Below, one piece after another: positions 1-10,333 of a DNA stretch of 64,000 bases. A program made the translations under genes and the position numbers. The stretch lies in NCBI GenBank assembly GCA_017161655.1, contig JADFCV010000001.1, positions 196,945-260,944 of the forward strand. Direction: 5' to 3'. The notes under the pieces were generated by a model. That model made no database searches. It had not been told where the DNA came from and saw only the letters and a list, made by a program, of their open reading frames with translations. Source of the stretch: Candidatus Sumerlaeota bacterium. Its GTDB lineage: Bacteria; Sumerlaeota; Sumerlaeia; Sumerlaeales; Sumerlaeaceae. The stretch's first letter is position 1. Every line of letters starts with the position of its first letter.

Positions 1-382
<382 letters not shown>

Positions 383-473
383 TTATGAATGACATTGACG
401 CAGCATTATTCGCTTCCTCGGCCTTCAGTTGTTCGCTTATCTTGAGAGCACGCAACACGAAAGGAGCAGCAAG

Positions 474-1160
474 GTGAGATACGATTTTCGTTATGATGTC
501 TTGGCTATTGGCGCGCACCCGGACGATGTCGAGCATGCGATTGGTGGGACGCTACTTCGCCTGCGGGATCAAGGAAAGTCCATTTGCATTGCTCACATGA
601 CTCATGGTGAAGCCGGGACTTTTGGGAGCGCATCCATCCGCGACGACGAAGCCAGGCTGGCAGCGAAGTATCTTGGAGCAGATTTGCACTGGCTCGATTT
701 TCCTGACACGCAAATCGAAGATTCGCCCGAAGCACGCCGGCGAGTTGTCCAACTTATTCGCGAGGTCAGACCGCGCATCATCTTTTGTCATTACTATGAT
801 TATCCGCTCATGCATCCCGATCATGAAGCCACAGGACGAATCCTCAAAGCCGCATTTCGTTTGTGTCGTTTTAAGAATTTTGACACAGGCAATGAGCCGT
901 TCTGGATTCCCAACATTGCGTACTATCTTTTCCCCGAAAGTGTCCGCCCCACTTTTGTCGTGGATGTCACGGACTACATGGATCGGTGGGAGGAGTTGGC
1001 GAACTGTTATGCCTCTCAGTTCCATAACATTCCGAACTACCGCGACCGTCTCATAACACGCAAACGTGCGGCTGGACTCCTGATTGATGTCCCCTATGGC
1101 GAGTCCTTTTACTGTGATCGTCCCGTCAATGCAACAAACGTAGACATAACCATGCTTTAG
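474..1160 (+). CDS. PIG-L/LmbE family deacetylase, BshB1-like
   Basis: GAHPDDVE, GEAGT and HPDHE motifs. GTG at 474 follows AAGGAG; the ORF track starts at 429. Confidence 0.85.
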   Translation: MRYDFRYDVLAIGAHPDDVEHAIGGTLLRLRDQGKSICIAHMTHGEAGTFGSASIRDDEARLAAKYLGADLHWLDFPDTQIEDSPEARRRVVQLIREVRPRIIFCHYYDYPLMHPDHEATGRILKAAFRLCRFKNFDTGNEPFWIPNIAYYLFPESVRPTFVVDVTDYMDRWEELANCYASQFHNIPNYRDRLITRKRAAGLLIDVPYGESFYCDRPVNATNVDITML

Positions 1161-1281
1161 TTGCAATCTGGTCTCAAGGAGCTCCCACCTCTGTTGAGAG
1201 AATAGTAAGATAATCCTAGCTGTTATTAAATCATGCGAGCCTTTGGCCCGCAAAAAATTTGGTCGAAGAAGGAGTACGTTG

Positions 1282-1647
1282 ATGAAACGTGTTGCTGCCA
1301 TTGCTGCTGCAATGGTGTTGGCGGGTGCGGTGTGCTTCGCAGAAGAAGCGTCGGCGCAGAAACCAGCAGAGGCCCCGAAGGCAGCTGCGGTTGAGCGTAA
1401 AGCTGGCGTGAGTGCCGCCCAGGAAGAAATGTGGAAAAAGGCTGGCTGCACTGACGAAGAGATCGCGAAGCTGAAAGAGTTGCAGAAGCAGTTCATGGAA
1501 GCCCGCAAGAACAAGGATCAGGAAAAGGCGAAGCAGATTCGAGAGGAAATGGATAAAATTATGACTCCCGAGCGGAAAGCAAAGCTTCGCGAGTTACGGG
1601 CTGAAATGAAACCTAAAGCGAAAGACGCTGAAACCACCAAGAAGTAA
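1282..1647 (+). CDS. Secreted helical protein, Spy/CpxP-like
   Basis: AAGGAG RBS, signal peptide MKRVAAIAAAMVLAGAVCFA, charged helical body with LTxxQ-like segments (GCTDEE, IMTPER). Confidence 0.6.
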   Translation: MKRVAAIAAAMVLAGAVCFAEEASAQKPAEAPKAAAVERKAGVSAAQEEMWKKAGCTDEEIAKLKELQKQFMEARKNKDQEKAKQIREEMDKIMTPERKAKLRELRAEMKPKAKDAETTKK

Positions 1648-1668
1648 GTTGTCTCGCTCGCATGAATC

Positions 1669-1705
1669 AAGAGGCGCCGCAAATGGCGGCGCCTCTTTTA
1701 CTTTT
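1669..1705 (+). terminator. Rho-independent terminator
   Basis: Hairpin AAGAGGCGCCGC-AAATG-GCGGCGCCTCTT followed by a T-rich tract, just after the stop at 1647. Confidence 0.85.
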
Positions 1706-1969
1706 GAAACTTCTCCAAAATGATCTCAAACGGATCACTCCTGCTCGGCATCCACACAACGTCCTTCCGAATCACCAACCTTTTTCAGGCTCGATGGCGC
1801 TTATCATAGCTCTGTGATTCATTTTTTGGCTAGCGCAACAGTGCAGATCGCGCTCTTTATCAACAGCTTGTTTGTGTCTGTTTTTTCTGTCTAGCCCGCG
1901 TTCAAAAACAAACCCGTTCTGTTTCCAACACCAGCTTTCCCTTTCTTGGCCTCTGGTCGCCGCGCGTTT

Positions 1970-3178
1970 CTACCGCATGTCGATCAAGAGTTTTTCCCGC
2001 AGAAGACGCCTGTAGATAGTCAGCTGATGCTCGAGCACTTTTTCCTCATCAAATAGAGAGAGAACCCGTTGACGAGCTTCCGTGCCTAAACGGGTCGCAC
2101 GCGCGGGATCGCTGAGCAGTGATGTCAGAGCTCTCGCGAGTGCTTCACAATCGCGTGGGGGGACCAAAAGCCCACATTCTCCATCAACAATTTCCTCGCG
2201 ACAGCCACGAATGTTCGTCGCCACGCATGGACGTGCCATCGCCATGGCCTCCAGCAGGGAAACCGGCATCCCTTCACGGTACGAGGGGAGGCAGAAAACA
2301 TCCATCGCTGCCAAATAGGGACGGGTATCGTCCACCATTCCAGCAAAAACGATGCGGTCCAACACGTTCAAACGGTTCGCTTCGGCAAAGAATTCGTCTT
2401 TGCCGGCATCGTAGTCACTTTTCAGCACATCGCCCACGATAAGCAGTCGCACGGTTGGCATTTCTTCTGCGACCTTTGCTGTAGCCCGAACAAGCTCAAT
2501 AATTCCCTTTTCGCGCACGAGACGTCCGACAAATCCAACCACCCTGGCGTCCGCCGGTAAGCGGAGCTTCTCTCGGATTTCCAGTTGGGCGCTTTTGGGG
2601 AAAAGAGCGGGATCAAACCGCTTCGTGTCCACCCCGTTGTAAATGGTTTCCACGCGCCCAGATCTAGCGATTCCTCGTTCGACTGCTGTTTTTTCGTCTT
2701 CCTTACTAACTGTCATGATGAAATCGCCAAAGCGTGCCCCAATCCACTCTAACATGACGTGAAACCGCTGCTTGGCTGGGGGCATTCCCTCATGAAAGTA
2801 GAAGCCGTGCGCAGTATAAATCTTTACTGGCACTCTCGCAAGCCATCCGGCGATGCGCCCCACAAGGGCGGCAATGGGAGTATGGACGTGGAGAATATCA
2901 AACTTTTCTCGGCGCAGCAAACGATAGGTCCGCCACAATTCGGAAAGGTGGGGAAGTGGATTCATTGAACGTGCAACAGGGTTTTCAATGACCGCGAATC
3001 CCAGTTCACGCAGTTTGTCGACATAATGTCCACCACCGCACGAAATCTTTACGTCGAAGCCCTCTTGACGCAACCGCGTTGCCAGAGGGCGCAGAAAATG
3101 CCACGCCGTGAAATCTACAGCACACATCAACAACACACGCACGGGAGGAGTCGTACAGTTCTGAGGCACATCACTCAT
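1970..3178 (-). CDS. Glycosyltransferase family 4 (GT-B)
   Basis: YTAHGFYF, FVGRLVREKG and PSYREGMPVSLLEAMA (EX7E) motifs. Confidence 0.92.
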   Translation of the reverse strand: MSDVPQNCTTPPVRVLLMCAVDFTAWHFLRPLATRLRQEGFDVKISCGGGHYVDKLRELGFAVIENPVARSMNPLPHLSELWRTYRLLRREKFDILHVHTPIAALVGRIAGWLARVPVKIYTAHGFYFHEGMPPAKQRFHVMLEWIGARFGDFIMTVSKEDEKTAVERGIARSGRVETIYNGVDTKRFDPALFPKSAQLEIREKLRLPADARVVGFVGRLVREKGIIELVRATAKVAEEMPTVRLLIVGDVLKSDYDAGKDEFFAEANRLNVLDRIVFAGMVDDTRPYLAAMDVFCLPSYREGMPVSLLEAMAMARPCVATNIRGCREEIVDGECGLLVPPRDCEALARALTSLLSDPARATRLGTEARQRVLSLFDEEKVLEHQLTIYRRLLREKLLIDMR

Positions 3179-3283
3179 GAGCCAAATCCTTGATAGTGTT
3201 TTTCAGCTAATGCAATGTTCAGATGTAAGCGTCGACGAAGTTTTCCGCCGGCAACAACACGACGAGTGACTATCGAGAATCCG

Positions 3284-5566
3284 ATGAAGAAGCGGCTGTT
3301 TAGCGTAGGAACAAAGCTCTTACTCCTTCTCTTTCTTGTCGGCCTGGTGCCATCGGGAGTTGCTATCTATCTGCTTTATAACGGCGCTGTTGCCACGACT
3401 CAGGAGACCCTTGCCTACGAGTTGGCAGAACGAGCAAATGGTGTCGCGACAGTGCTTGATGAGGCCCTTGCGACGCTCTTTGGGCAAATTCAGCAGGTTG
3501 CAGACAAACTCTCTCACGGCGAATCTCTCGAAAAGGTTGCTCTGCCTAATGCCTCCGGTTTTGCGGGGCAAGTTGTCGCGGATTCCAAGGGGATAGTCCT
3601 GGAAGCAATAGGAGAGGGGATTGATGGGGGAGTTGATATTCCACGAGTATTTGACCAGGCGAAAAATAAGCCAAAGCTTTATGTGGATGAGATGACCACA
3701 GGACCTTTTGCACCAGCGGTCCGCTTTGTTGCTGCGTTACCAGAAGAGCATTATTTCCTCGCAGTTGTTCGTCTGGAGAAATTCCTCGAGCTATTCAGCG
3801 TGAGTTTGCCAGGCGATCAGACCCAGCTGGCTTTAGTCACGAATCGCCACAACACGCTAGGGCGCACCCCCCCGCCGAACGAAGTCGTTCGAGCTGTGCT
3901 TGAGCGAAGCACTCGCTCGCGGTCGCAGCTTGCGGGTTGGACTTTTGTCCAGCTCGAGGCTCCTGGTCCGCAGTACCTGGCTGCCTATCGTGCATCGACG
4001 TTTTTTAGGCAACGCCAGAAGCCCGATGAGACGAGTGTCGATTGGTTTGTTGTTGCTTATGCCGATACCCAGTTTGTGATCCCGGCGCTTAATGCCCTGC
4101 TGTGGCGAATTGGAATTCTAGGCATTGGCCTTGCATGTTTGTTGGCGGTTCTTTCCGCGATTGTGTCCACGTCCTTCCTTCGTCCGTTGCGCACGTTACA
4201 CCGGCAAGTGGAGCGAGTTACCGCAGGCGAGTGGGACGTCGGGGTGGATATTCGCACGGGTGATGAGATCGAAGAGCTTGCAAACGCTTTTGTTTCGATG
4301 CTTGCAGAAATCCGTCGGTCGCGCGAAGCGCTCGAGCGTCAGATTGCGCAGACGCATGCTCGTGCAACGCAAGTTGCCCTCGTTAACGAATTAAGCAGAA
4401 GTATTCTTGGGACTTTCAGTATTCAGCGTTTTCTCGAAACGACGTTTGCGCGGCTATCAAATTTGGTTGGAGCAAAAAATCTCTGCCTTGTTTTGCGGCG
4501 TGGGACGAAGTGGGAATTCAAATCCCTTAACGAGTTTCCATTAGAAGTAAGCGACGACGATTCCTTTTGGGATGACGTGTGGCAAGATCTGTGTGAGGCT
4601 CCTCAAGGAATTGCAGAGCTTAAGGGCCAGTCACATGTCTTTACGGTCCGCCTCGCTTCCGGGGAAGAGCGTCTGGGCATTCTTGTCATACCATGCGCCC
4701 CCCAGAGCCAGTGGGGCGTCCAGGAAATAACCTTGCTTTCCCAGCTGGCGCCCTTTCTCTCGCTCGCCGTCCAACATATTCAGCTTTACGAACAGGTCTG
4801 CAATTTTGCCGCCGAGTTAGAGCACAAAGTCGAAGAGCGCGCTGCCCAACTCGAAGAGGCACACCGTCGCTTAATGCAAAGTGAACGCTTGGCCGTAACT
4901 GGGCAGCTTGCTGCAGGTGTGGCTCACGAGATCAATAATCCACTTGCCATCATCAAAAACATGCTACAGGTCATGCGGCTGGAAAACGCGTCCAACAGCA
5001 GCACGCTAAAAATCATCGAAGAAGAAATCGACCGCATTGCCCGCATTGTGCGCAGTCTTCTGAATTACGCACGCCCCCCTGCGACCTCTGGTCCTCCTGC
5101 TAATATCGAGGAAGAGGTGAGGCACGTACTGGCTCTTCTCGCCACGCCGCTACGTCATCATCAGATTCAAGTTCATGTAGAGATTGTTCCGGACCTTCCT
5201 CAGGTTTCCCTTTCGCGCGATAGCTTTCACCAAGTTTTGCTTAATCTGTTGCGCAATGCCCAGGATGCTGTGAAAGAAGGCGGACAAATTACGATTCGTG
5301 CAAAGACTGAGGTCGTCAGCGGTCGACCGCATGTGATTGTAACGGTTGAAGACAACGGCGAGGGGATTCCCGAGGAGATCTTGCCGCATATCTTTGAACC
5401 TTTTGTCACAACGAAACGTGGTGAAGGAGCTGGGCTGGGTCTCTCGGTGAGCTACGGTCTTGTCACGGCAGTAGGAGGACGTATAGAAGTGGAATCCGAG
5501 CATGGCAAGGGAACCATTTTCCGTCTTGTCTTGCCAATCGCCGACGAGGCGACCCCCTCTAGCTAG
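3284..5566 (+). CDS. Membrane sensor histidine kinase (periplasmic sensor, HAMP, GAF-like, HisKA, HATPase)
   Basis: Two TM segments, HAMP (GDEIEELANAF), H-box VAHEINNPL, N-box NLLRNA, G-boxes DNGEG and GAGLGL. Start taken at MKKRLF; the track starts at 3215. Confidence 0.92.
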   Translation: MKKRLFSVGTKLLLLLFLVGLVPSGVAIYLLYNGAVATTQETLAYELAERANGVATVLDEALATLFGQIQQVADKLSHGESLEKVALPNASGFAGQVVADSKGIVLEAIGEGIDGGVDIPRVFDQAKNKPKLYVDEMTTGPFAPAVRFVAALPEEHYFLAVVRLEKFLELFSVSLPGDQTQLALVTNRHNTLGRTPPPNEVVRAVLERSTRSRSQLAGWTFVQLEAPGPQYLAAYRASTFFRQRQKPDETSVDWFVVAYADTQFVIPALNALLWRIGILGIGLACLLAVLSAIVSTSFLRPLRTLHRQVERVTAGEWDVGVDIRTGDEIEELANAFVSMLAEIRRSREALERQIAQTHARATQVALVNELSRSILGTFSIQRFLETTFARLSNLVGAKNLCLVLRRGTKWEFKSLNEFPLEVSDDDSFWDDVWQDLCEAPQGIAELKGQSHVFTVRLASGEERLGILVIPCAPQSQWGVQEITLLSQLAPFLSLAVQHIQLYEQVCNFAAELEHKVEERAAQLEEAHRRLMQSERLAVTGQLAAGVAHEINNPLAIIKNMLQVMRLENASNSSTLKIIEEEIDRIARIVRSLLNYARPPATSGPPANIEEEVRHVLALLATPLRHHQIQVHVEIVPDLPQVSLSRDSFHQVLLNLLRNAQDAVKEGGQITIRAKTEVVSGRPHVIVTVEDNGEGIPEEILPHIFEPFVTTKRGEGAGLGLSVSYGLVTAVGGRIEVESEHGKGTIFRLVLPIADEATPSS

Positions 5567-5618
5567 GGGCGAATTTTTCGATGGAACTTTTCAGCTTGTC
5601 TATAGCAGAGTCGACTCC

Positions 5619-5996
5619 ATGAAAAGGGCGAAATCGGGCAACTCGCGCTCGTGCAAGCAAACCGCGATGACGATCGGGTTGGCTTTCCTAGCGATGGTGA
5701 GTCTCACCGCTTGCATACGGCGCTCGGTGACTATCACAAGTGATCCTCCAAATGCAAAAGTATGGGTGAACGGCGTATACTACGGCCAAACCCCTGTGGA
5801 AATCCCCTACAACTGGAACTGGTTTTACGACATCAGGCTTGAAAAGCCAGGGTACGAGCCACTGACCGTCCGTGAGCGGCTGTACGCACCCGTGCGTCAT
5901 TGGGTCCCCTTCGATTTCCTTATGGAAGTCGCGCCGGTGAAAAGTAAAGAACGCCAGTGGCGTCACTACGTTTTGACGCCCAAAAAAGAGCTTTGA
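5619..5996 (+). CDS. PEGA-domain lipoprotein
   Basis: Lipobox LTAC followed by ITSDPPNAKVWVNG..YGQTP...IRLEKPGY, a PEGA pattern. Start uncertain (5619 or 5667). Confidence 0.8.
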   Translation: MKRAKSGNSRSCKQTAMTIGLAFLAMVSLTACIRRSVTITSDPPNAKVWVNGVYYGQTPVEIPYNWNWFYDIRLEKPGYEPLTVRERLYAPVRHWVPFDFLMEVAPVKSKERQWRHYVLTPKKEL

Positions 5997-6021
5997 GATC
6001 GGAGTCTTTAGTTATTCGCGG

Positions 6022-6915
6022 CTAATCAAAGAGCTCTATTCGCATACTGATATCAAGAGCGCGTGCTGAGTGGGTCAGTCTCCCGACAGAGATCCTCTGG
6101 ATAGGCAGGGTCCGAAGCCTGCGGACGTCTTCGGGTGTTATCCCCCCACTAACCTCGATTTCTGGCATTGAGAGCTCAAGCTCCTGGGCAAGCTTTTTCA
6201 GTCGGGTCACACATTTTCGAATCATCTGCGGCGACATGTTATCAAGCATGATAATATCAGCGCCAACGACGAGGGCTTCGAGAGCTTCGTCACAAGTGCG
6301 AGCTTCAATGCAAACAGGAAGTCTGCGCTGAACAATCTCCCCACGCTCCAGCAATGCCCGCATCACGTTACGAATGCCACCCGCAGCATCAACGTGGTTA
6401 TTCTTGATCATCACCATATCAAATAGGCCAAACCGATGATTTCGACCGCCACCGTCAACGACAGCTTTCTTTTCGAGATGGCGGAGTAAGGGGGTTGTCT
6501 TGCGCGTGTCGTAGATGCCAATGCTGTTGGCATACTTGCCTAATGCCCGTACATATTCGCGCGTGAGGGTCGCGATCCCGCAAAGTCGCTGAAGAAAGTT
6601 CAGAGCCGTGCGTTCACCTGAGAGGAGAGCCGAGAGTTTTCCCTCCACAATCGCGAGGCGATCCCCAGATCGGAAATCGGCACCGTCGGGCACGAGCTGA
6701 CGAAAGCGACTTCTGGGGTCTAATTGGCGAAACACCTCTCTTGCGACGTTTCCGCCGCTCATCCGGCCGGCTTCTTTAGCAAGGAAATAGGCGACTCCTT
6801 TCTTAGGCAGATCGTCCAACACAACACTGGTCACGTCTCCGGGTCCGATGTCTTCTGCGAGGGCCAGCTTTACGAGGTCGCGAACACTCAGGCCAAACTG
6901 ACACTTCTCACTCAT
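6022..6915 (-). CDS. nadC: Quinolinate phosphoribosyltransferase (decarboxylating)
   Basis: EDIGPGDVTS, ERTALNFLQ, DTRKTTP, NHRFGL, IMLDNM, EVSGGI and LTHS motifs. Confidence 0.96.
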   Translation of the reverse strand: MSEKCQFGLSVRDLVKLALAEDIGPGDVTSVVLDDLPKKGVAYFLAKEAGRMSGGNVAREVFRQLDPRSRFRQLVPDGADFRSGDRLAIVEGKLSALLSGERTALNFLQRLCGIATLTREYVRALGKYANSIGIYDTRKTTPLLRHLEKKAVVDGGGRNHRFGLFDMVMIKNNHVDAAGGIRNVMRALLERGEIVQRRLPVCIEARTCDEALEALVVGADIIMLDNMSPQMIRKCVTRLKKLAQELELSMPEIEVSGGITPEDVRRLRTLPIQRISVGRLTHSARALDISMRIELFD

Positions 6916-7064
6916 GAAAGAAAGCCCCTTCTTTTCTGTTTCTTGAAACTGGTGGTTTGTTCTTGCACAGAATCCTGTTTGATGAGTTAGTAAAAGAGAA
7001 GCAACCAGAGAGTGCGAATTTCGGTGCGAGCGCGGAAAACGAGTTATCGCATGGGGCGGAGAAT

Positions 7065-7640
7065 ATGATTACTCAGAGTCGTTTTCGGGTTCTGGTCATC
7101 GATGATGATAAAGACATCCTCGATATGATTAACATCACGCTCTCTCCAACGTTTGAAGTTCTCACCCTTCAAGACTCAGTGGATGCCCTTGAAATCATCG
7201 ACGTTTTCGAGCCCGACATTTTGATCGTGGATATCATGATGCCCAAGGTAACGGGCTACCAGATCATCGAGCTCATGCGCCAGAACCCCAAGCATCAGCA
7301 TGTTGTAGTCGTCGTGCTTTCTGCCAAGGATTCTAGCCGCGATATCAAATATGGTTACAAGCTTGGGGCAAATCTTTACCTCACCAAGCCGTTCCAGCCG
7401 GATCGCCTCTTGAAGAACATCCAGATGCTCTCAACAGGGATGGGGAAACCCCGTCCCAAGTCCTACTCCATGCGTGATGTCCAGCTGCGCCTCCAACTTC
7501 TGGCGACCAAAAAATTCGCGCCGCCCACAGATCCGAATGCGACGCCGACACCTCCGGATGTTTCTCCCTCATCTTTCCGACTGCGTCGTCCCCTTGCCCA
7601 GGAGGCTGACGAACAAGAAAAGAAAAAATGGGTGGATTGA
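7065..7640 (+). CDS. Response regulator receiver with a Pro-rich C-terminal tail and no recognisable output domain
   Basis: VLVIDDD, DIMMP, LSAK and YLTKPF receiver motifs, then ~70 aa of low-complexity tail. Confidence 0.88.
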   Translation: MITQSRFRVLVIDDDKDILDMINITLSPTFEVLTLQDSVDALEIIDVFEPDILIVDIMMPKVTGYQIIELMRQNPKHQHVVVVVLSAKDSSRDIKYGYKLGANLYLTKPFQPDRLLKNIQMLSTGMGKPRPKSYSMRDVQLRLQLLATKKFAPPTDPNATPTPPDVSPSSFRLRRPLAQEADEQEKKKWVD

Positions 7641-8143
7641 GCAGAGTGAACCCTGGGAAGCTTGTTTACCTCGCGGGAGCCATTGAACACGCACCCGATG
7701 GGGGCCGCGGGTGGCGCCAGCAGTTCAAAGAGTTTGTGACGGGGCAGCTAGGGCTTGAAGTGTTTGATCCCTGTGTTCAGGAAATCAACCTCTTGACCTC
7801 TTATGAAAAGCAGAACCTGCGCGCCTGGAAGAAAAGCGATCCAGAACGCTTCCGGGGCGTGATTCGACGATTTGTGGACAATGATCTCCACCAGCTTGTG
7901 AGCAATACGCTGTTTGTTGTCTGTCTTTGGGACGAGTATGCGTCAAAAGGTGCAGGAACAGCAGGAGAAGTGACTGTCGCGTATCTTCATAACCTCCCGG
8001 TTTACCTGGTGACGGCAAGGCCAGTGGAAGTGGTCCCTGGTTGGGTCCTTGCATGCGCCACTGAGATCTTTCAGGATTTTGCTCAACTAAAGTGCTGGCT
8101 GAAAGAACGATATCAACCCACTTTTGATCCAAGCTGTTTATAA
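7628..8143 (+). CDS. Nucleoside 2-deoxyribosyltransferase-like protein
   Basis: VYLAG..., FDP, DL and GTAGEV..AY...PV pattern of the NDT fold. Confidence 0.65.
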   Translation: MGGLSRVNPGKLVYLAGAIEHAPDGGRGWRQQFKEFVTGQLGLEVFDPCVQEINLLTSYEKQNLRAWKKSDPERFRGVIRRFVDNDLHQLVSNTLFVVCLWDEYASKGAGTAGEVTVAYLHNLPVYLVTARPVEVVPGWVLACATEIFQDFAQLKCWLKERYQPTFDPSCL

Positions 8144-8178
8144 CGCGGCTTGGAGCGCCTCTGCCCGAAAGACTTTTT

Positions 8179-10218
8179 TTATTTCTGTTCGGAAGCTATA
8201 AGACGCATTAAAACCTGTTGAATCAGCTCCTTATCCCCCTCAGAAAAACTCTTGGGTTGTTGACCATAAATCACCAATGTTGAACTATCCACCTGATCAA
8301 CTAGACCTAGAAAGGCGTAGAGAGAAGCCTGCTGCATATACGCGCCGTAAATCCGGCCAGGATGCCCCTCGATCGTTTTCCCATGACTATCCTTTTCCAA
8401 AGCTGACCACCCATCTTTCTCCATTTCCGCAAAAACAGCGCCCGCATCGAGCTTGCTCTTATCACGTGTCACACGAATCTCCAAACCGGGTGAAGGATAA
8501 ACATAGAAAATGCCATTTTCCTCGTCACAACGCGCAGTCCAACCGTGTGGCAATTTCACCTCTAAACCAACAGCGGAACAGCTTGTGAGGGTTTCTTCTG
8601 GCGCACTAACCGAAGATAACTTTGACTGAGTGTCAGCGCTCGCTAGGGGAGAAGGCCCCCTTGGCATCGAGGTCGGATAAGCCTTTGGAGTCATAGCTAC
8701 TGGTGCGAGGGTAGGACTCGTGGGAGTATCGGAAGTAGAGGCTACGACTGGGGCCACGGGAGTGACGCCGGGGAGCTTCTGGAATTGTCGAAGCGATAGT
8801 TCGAGGAGTACATCTTTCGAAATAAACTTGAAGACATCTGTTGTAAACTCCATTAATGCAAGTCTTGGCGAGTCGGATTTTGGTTCAATGAGACAAGCCA
8901 GCCAGATGCGGCTAGGACCTTTCCCTATGTAGGTGACGAGAGGAGTGCCACCCGGCGCGGATTCTGCCACCTTGCTTGGCACCGCTCCTTTCGCCCGGAG
9001 TAATTCGACGACACTTTCTTCGCTCAACCGCGGATCTCGGACATAATCTACGGCGATTCTTTTATCTGGAGATTCAATGCTTATCAAGGAATCTGAAGCG
9101 AGTTTGCTCCAACCGCGTGGGATCACCACTCGATATCCACCTTTTGAATTAATAAGTTCGCTCCCTTTTTGAATCTGCTCAAGATAGTTTTGCGTCTCCG
9201 AGTCTGCCACGGAACCGCGGCGCTGACCCTCAAGAAACAGCACCGCGGTTGCCAGCAGAACGGCAGCCAGCACTCCCGTGATAACCACGAGTTTTTTCCA
9301 GCGGAACCAAGTCGAGCCCTTTTTCTGGGTTTTGTCCTCGGACTGCTGTGTTTCCCTTTTTTCTGTTGTTAGAACTGAAAGTTGCTCCCGTTCTAATTGT
9401 GATTGATAATTCAGCTCTTGGATGCCTTTGTTTGATGGAATGGTTGATGGTTCAAGCTGGTGCTTTTCCTCGCTCTCCGCGCGTTCAGCGGGGCTTGGTT
9501 CAGACGGCACAGCAGACGACTCTTTTTTGGGAACATTGGGGTAATCGCGCTGCCAGCCGAGGATGCGAAATTTTGCCTTTGGCCCCCCTGAGGCGAGCTG
9601 GAGCTCCGCTCCGTCTTCAAGATATGCCTTTCCTTGTACGATCCGCCCATTAACGAACGTGCCGTTGCGGCTGGTGTCTATGACGACAAAAGAACCCTCT
9701 TCAAAGACAATAGTGCAGTGGTGGCCGGAAACCTGAAGAAACTCTGTCGGGTGGAGTGATATCTCCATGTCAGCTCGACGCCCAATTCTGGTCGGTGACT
9801 CCGACGTTATTCGGTAAATCTTTCCGGCTTCAGAACCTGAGCTGAATTCCAATTCCGCAACTAACTGTGCAGGAGGGGGGAGGAGAATTTCTTCCGGCCT
9901 AGGACCGATGCGAAAGACAACCTCCGGACCACCCGCTCCGAACTGAAGGAAATCTTCTGACCTCAGAATGAGACCTTCGGAGGCAGGCTGACCGTTGACG
10001 AAGGTTCCAGTGCGAGAGCCTAAGTCATAAAGCCGGAATTCGCCGCTATCGAACAGAATCTCCGCATGGAGCGATGCGACCGTGAGATCGGCCTCAGGAT
10101 CAAAACGCAGGTCAGCCGATCCAGCGCGGCCGATCGTAATTCGCCCCGAAGAAAACTCCACTGCTTCGCCGGCACGTGGGCCAGTGAGAAAGACGAAATG
10201 GCACGTACACGGATTCAT
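8179..10218 (-). CDS. Bitopic membrane protein with two N-terminal FHA domains and two C-terminal PsbP-like repeats
   Basis: IGR...H...GTFVNG twice; TM VVITGVLAAVLLATAVLFL; repeats GYRVVIPRGW and GLEVKLPHGW separated by a P/T/S linker. Confidence 0.8.
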   Translation of the reverse strand: MNPCTCHFVFLTGPRAGEAVEFSSGRITIGRAGSADLRFDPEADLTVASLHAEILFDSGEFRLYDLGSRTGTFVNGQPASEGLILRSEDFLQFGAGGPEVVFRIGPRPEEILLPPPAQLVAELEFSSGSEAGKIYRITSESPTRIGRRADMEISLHPTEFLQVSGHHCTIVFEEGSFVVIDTSRNGTFVNGRIVQGKAYLEDGAELQLASGGPKAKFRILGWQRDYPNVPKKESSAVPSEPSPAERAESEEKHQLEPSTIPSNKGIQELNYQSQLEREQLSVLTTEKRETQQSEDKTQKKGSTWFRWKKLVVITGVLAAVLLATAVLFLEGQRRGSVADSETQNYLEQIQKGSELINSKGGYRVVIPRGWSKLASDSLISIESPDKRIAVDYVRDPRLSEESVVELLRAKGAVPSKVAESAPGGTPLVTYIGKGPSRIWLACLIEPKSDSPRLALMEFTTDVFKFISKDVLLELSLRQFQKLPGVTPVAPVVASTSDTPTSPTLAPVAMTPKAYPTSMPRGPSPLASADTQSKLSSVSAPEETLTSCSAVGLEVKLPHGWTARCDEENGIFYVYPSPGLEIRVTRDKSKLDAGAVFAEMEKDGWSALEKDSHGKTIEGHPGRIYGAYMQQASLYAFLGLVDQVDSSTLVIYGQQPKSFSEGDKELIQQVLMRLIASEQK

Positions 10219-10333
10219 CTCAAATGACTAGGCTCGCCTCGTGTCTGTTCATGATACACGAAGACCCTATCCCCTTCGCGCCGGATTTTGCAATCTCAGA
10301 GAGGAGGGGCCCATTTTCGATGGCCCACGGGCT

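Noticed and set aside
552..1514. 320-aa minus-strand ORF
   Set aside because: It is the antisense shadow of two well-supported plus-strand genes and has no recognisable motifs. The same applies to most short overlapping ORFs in the track.
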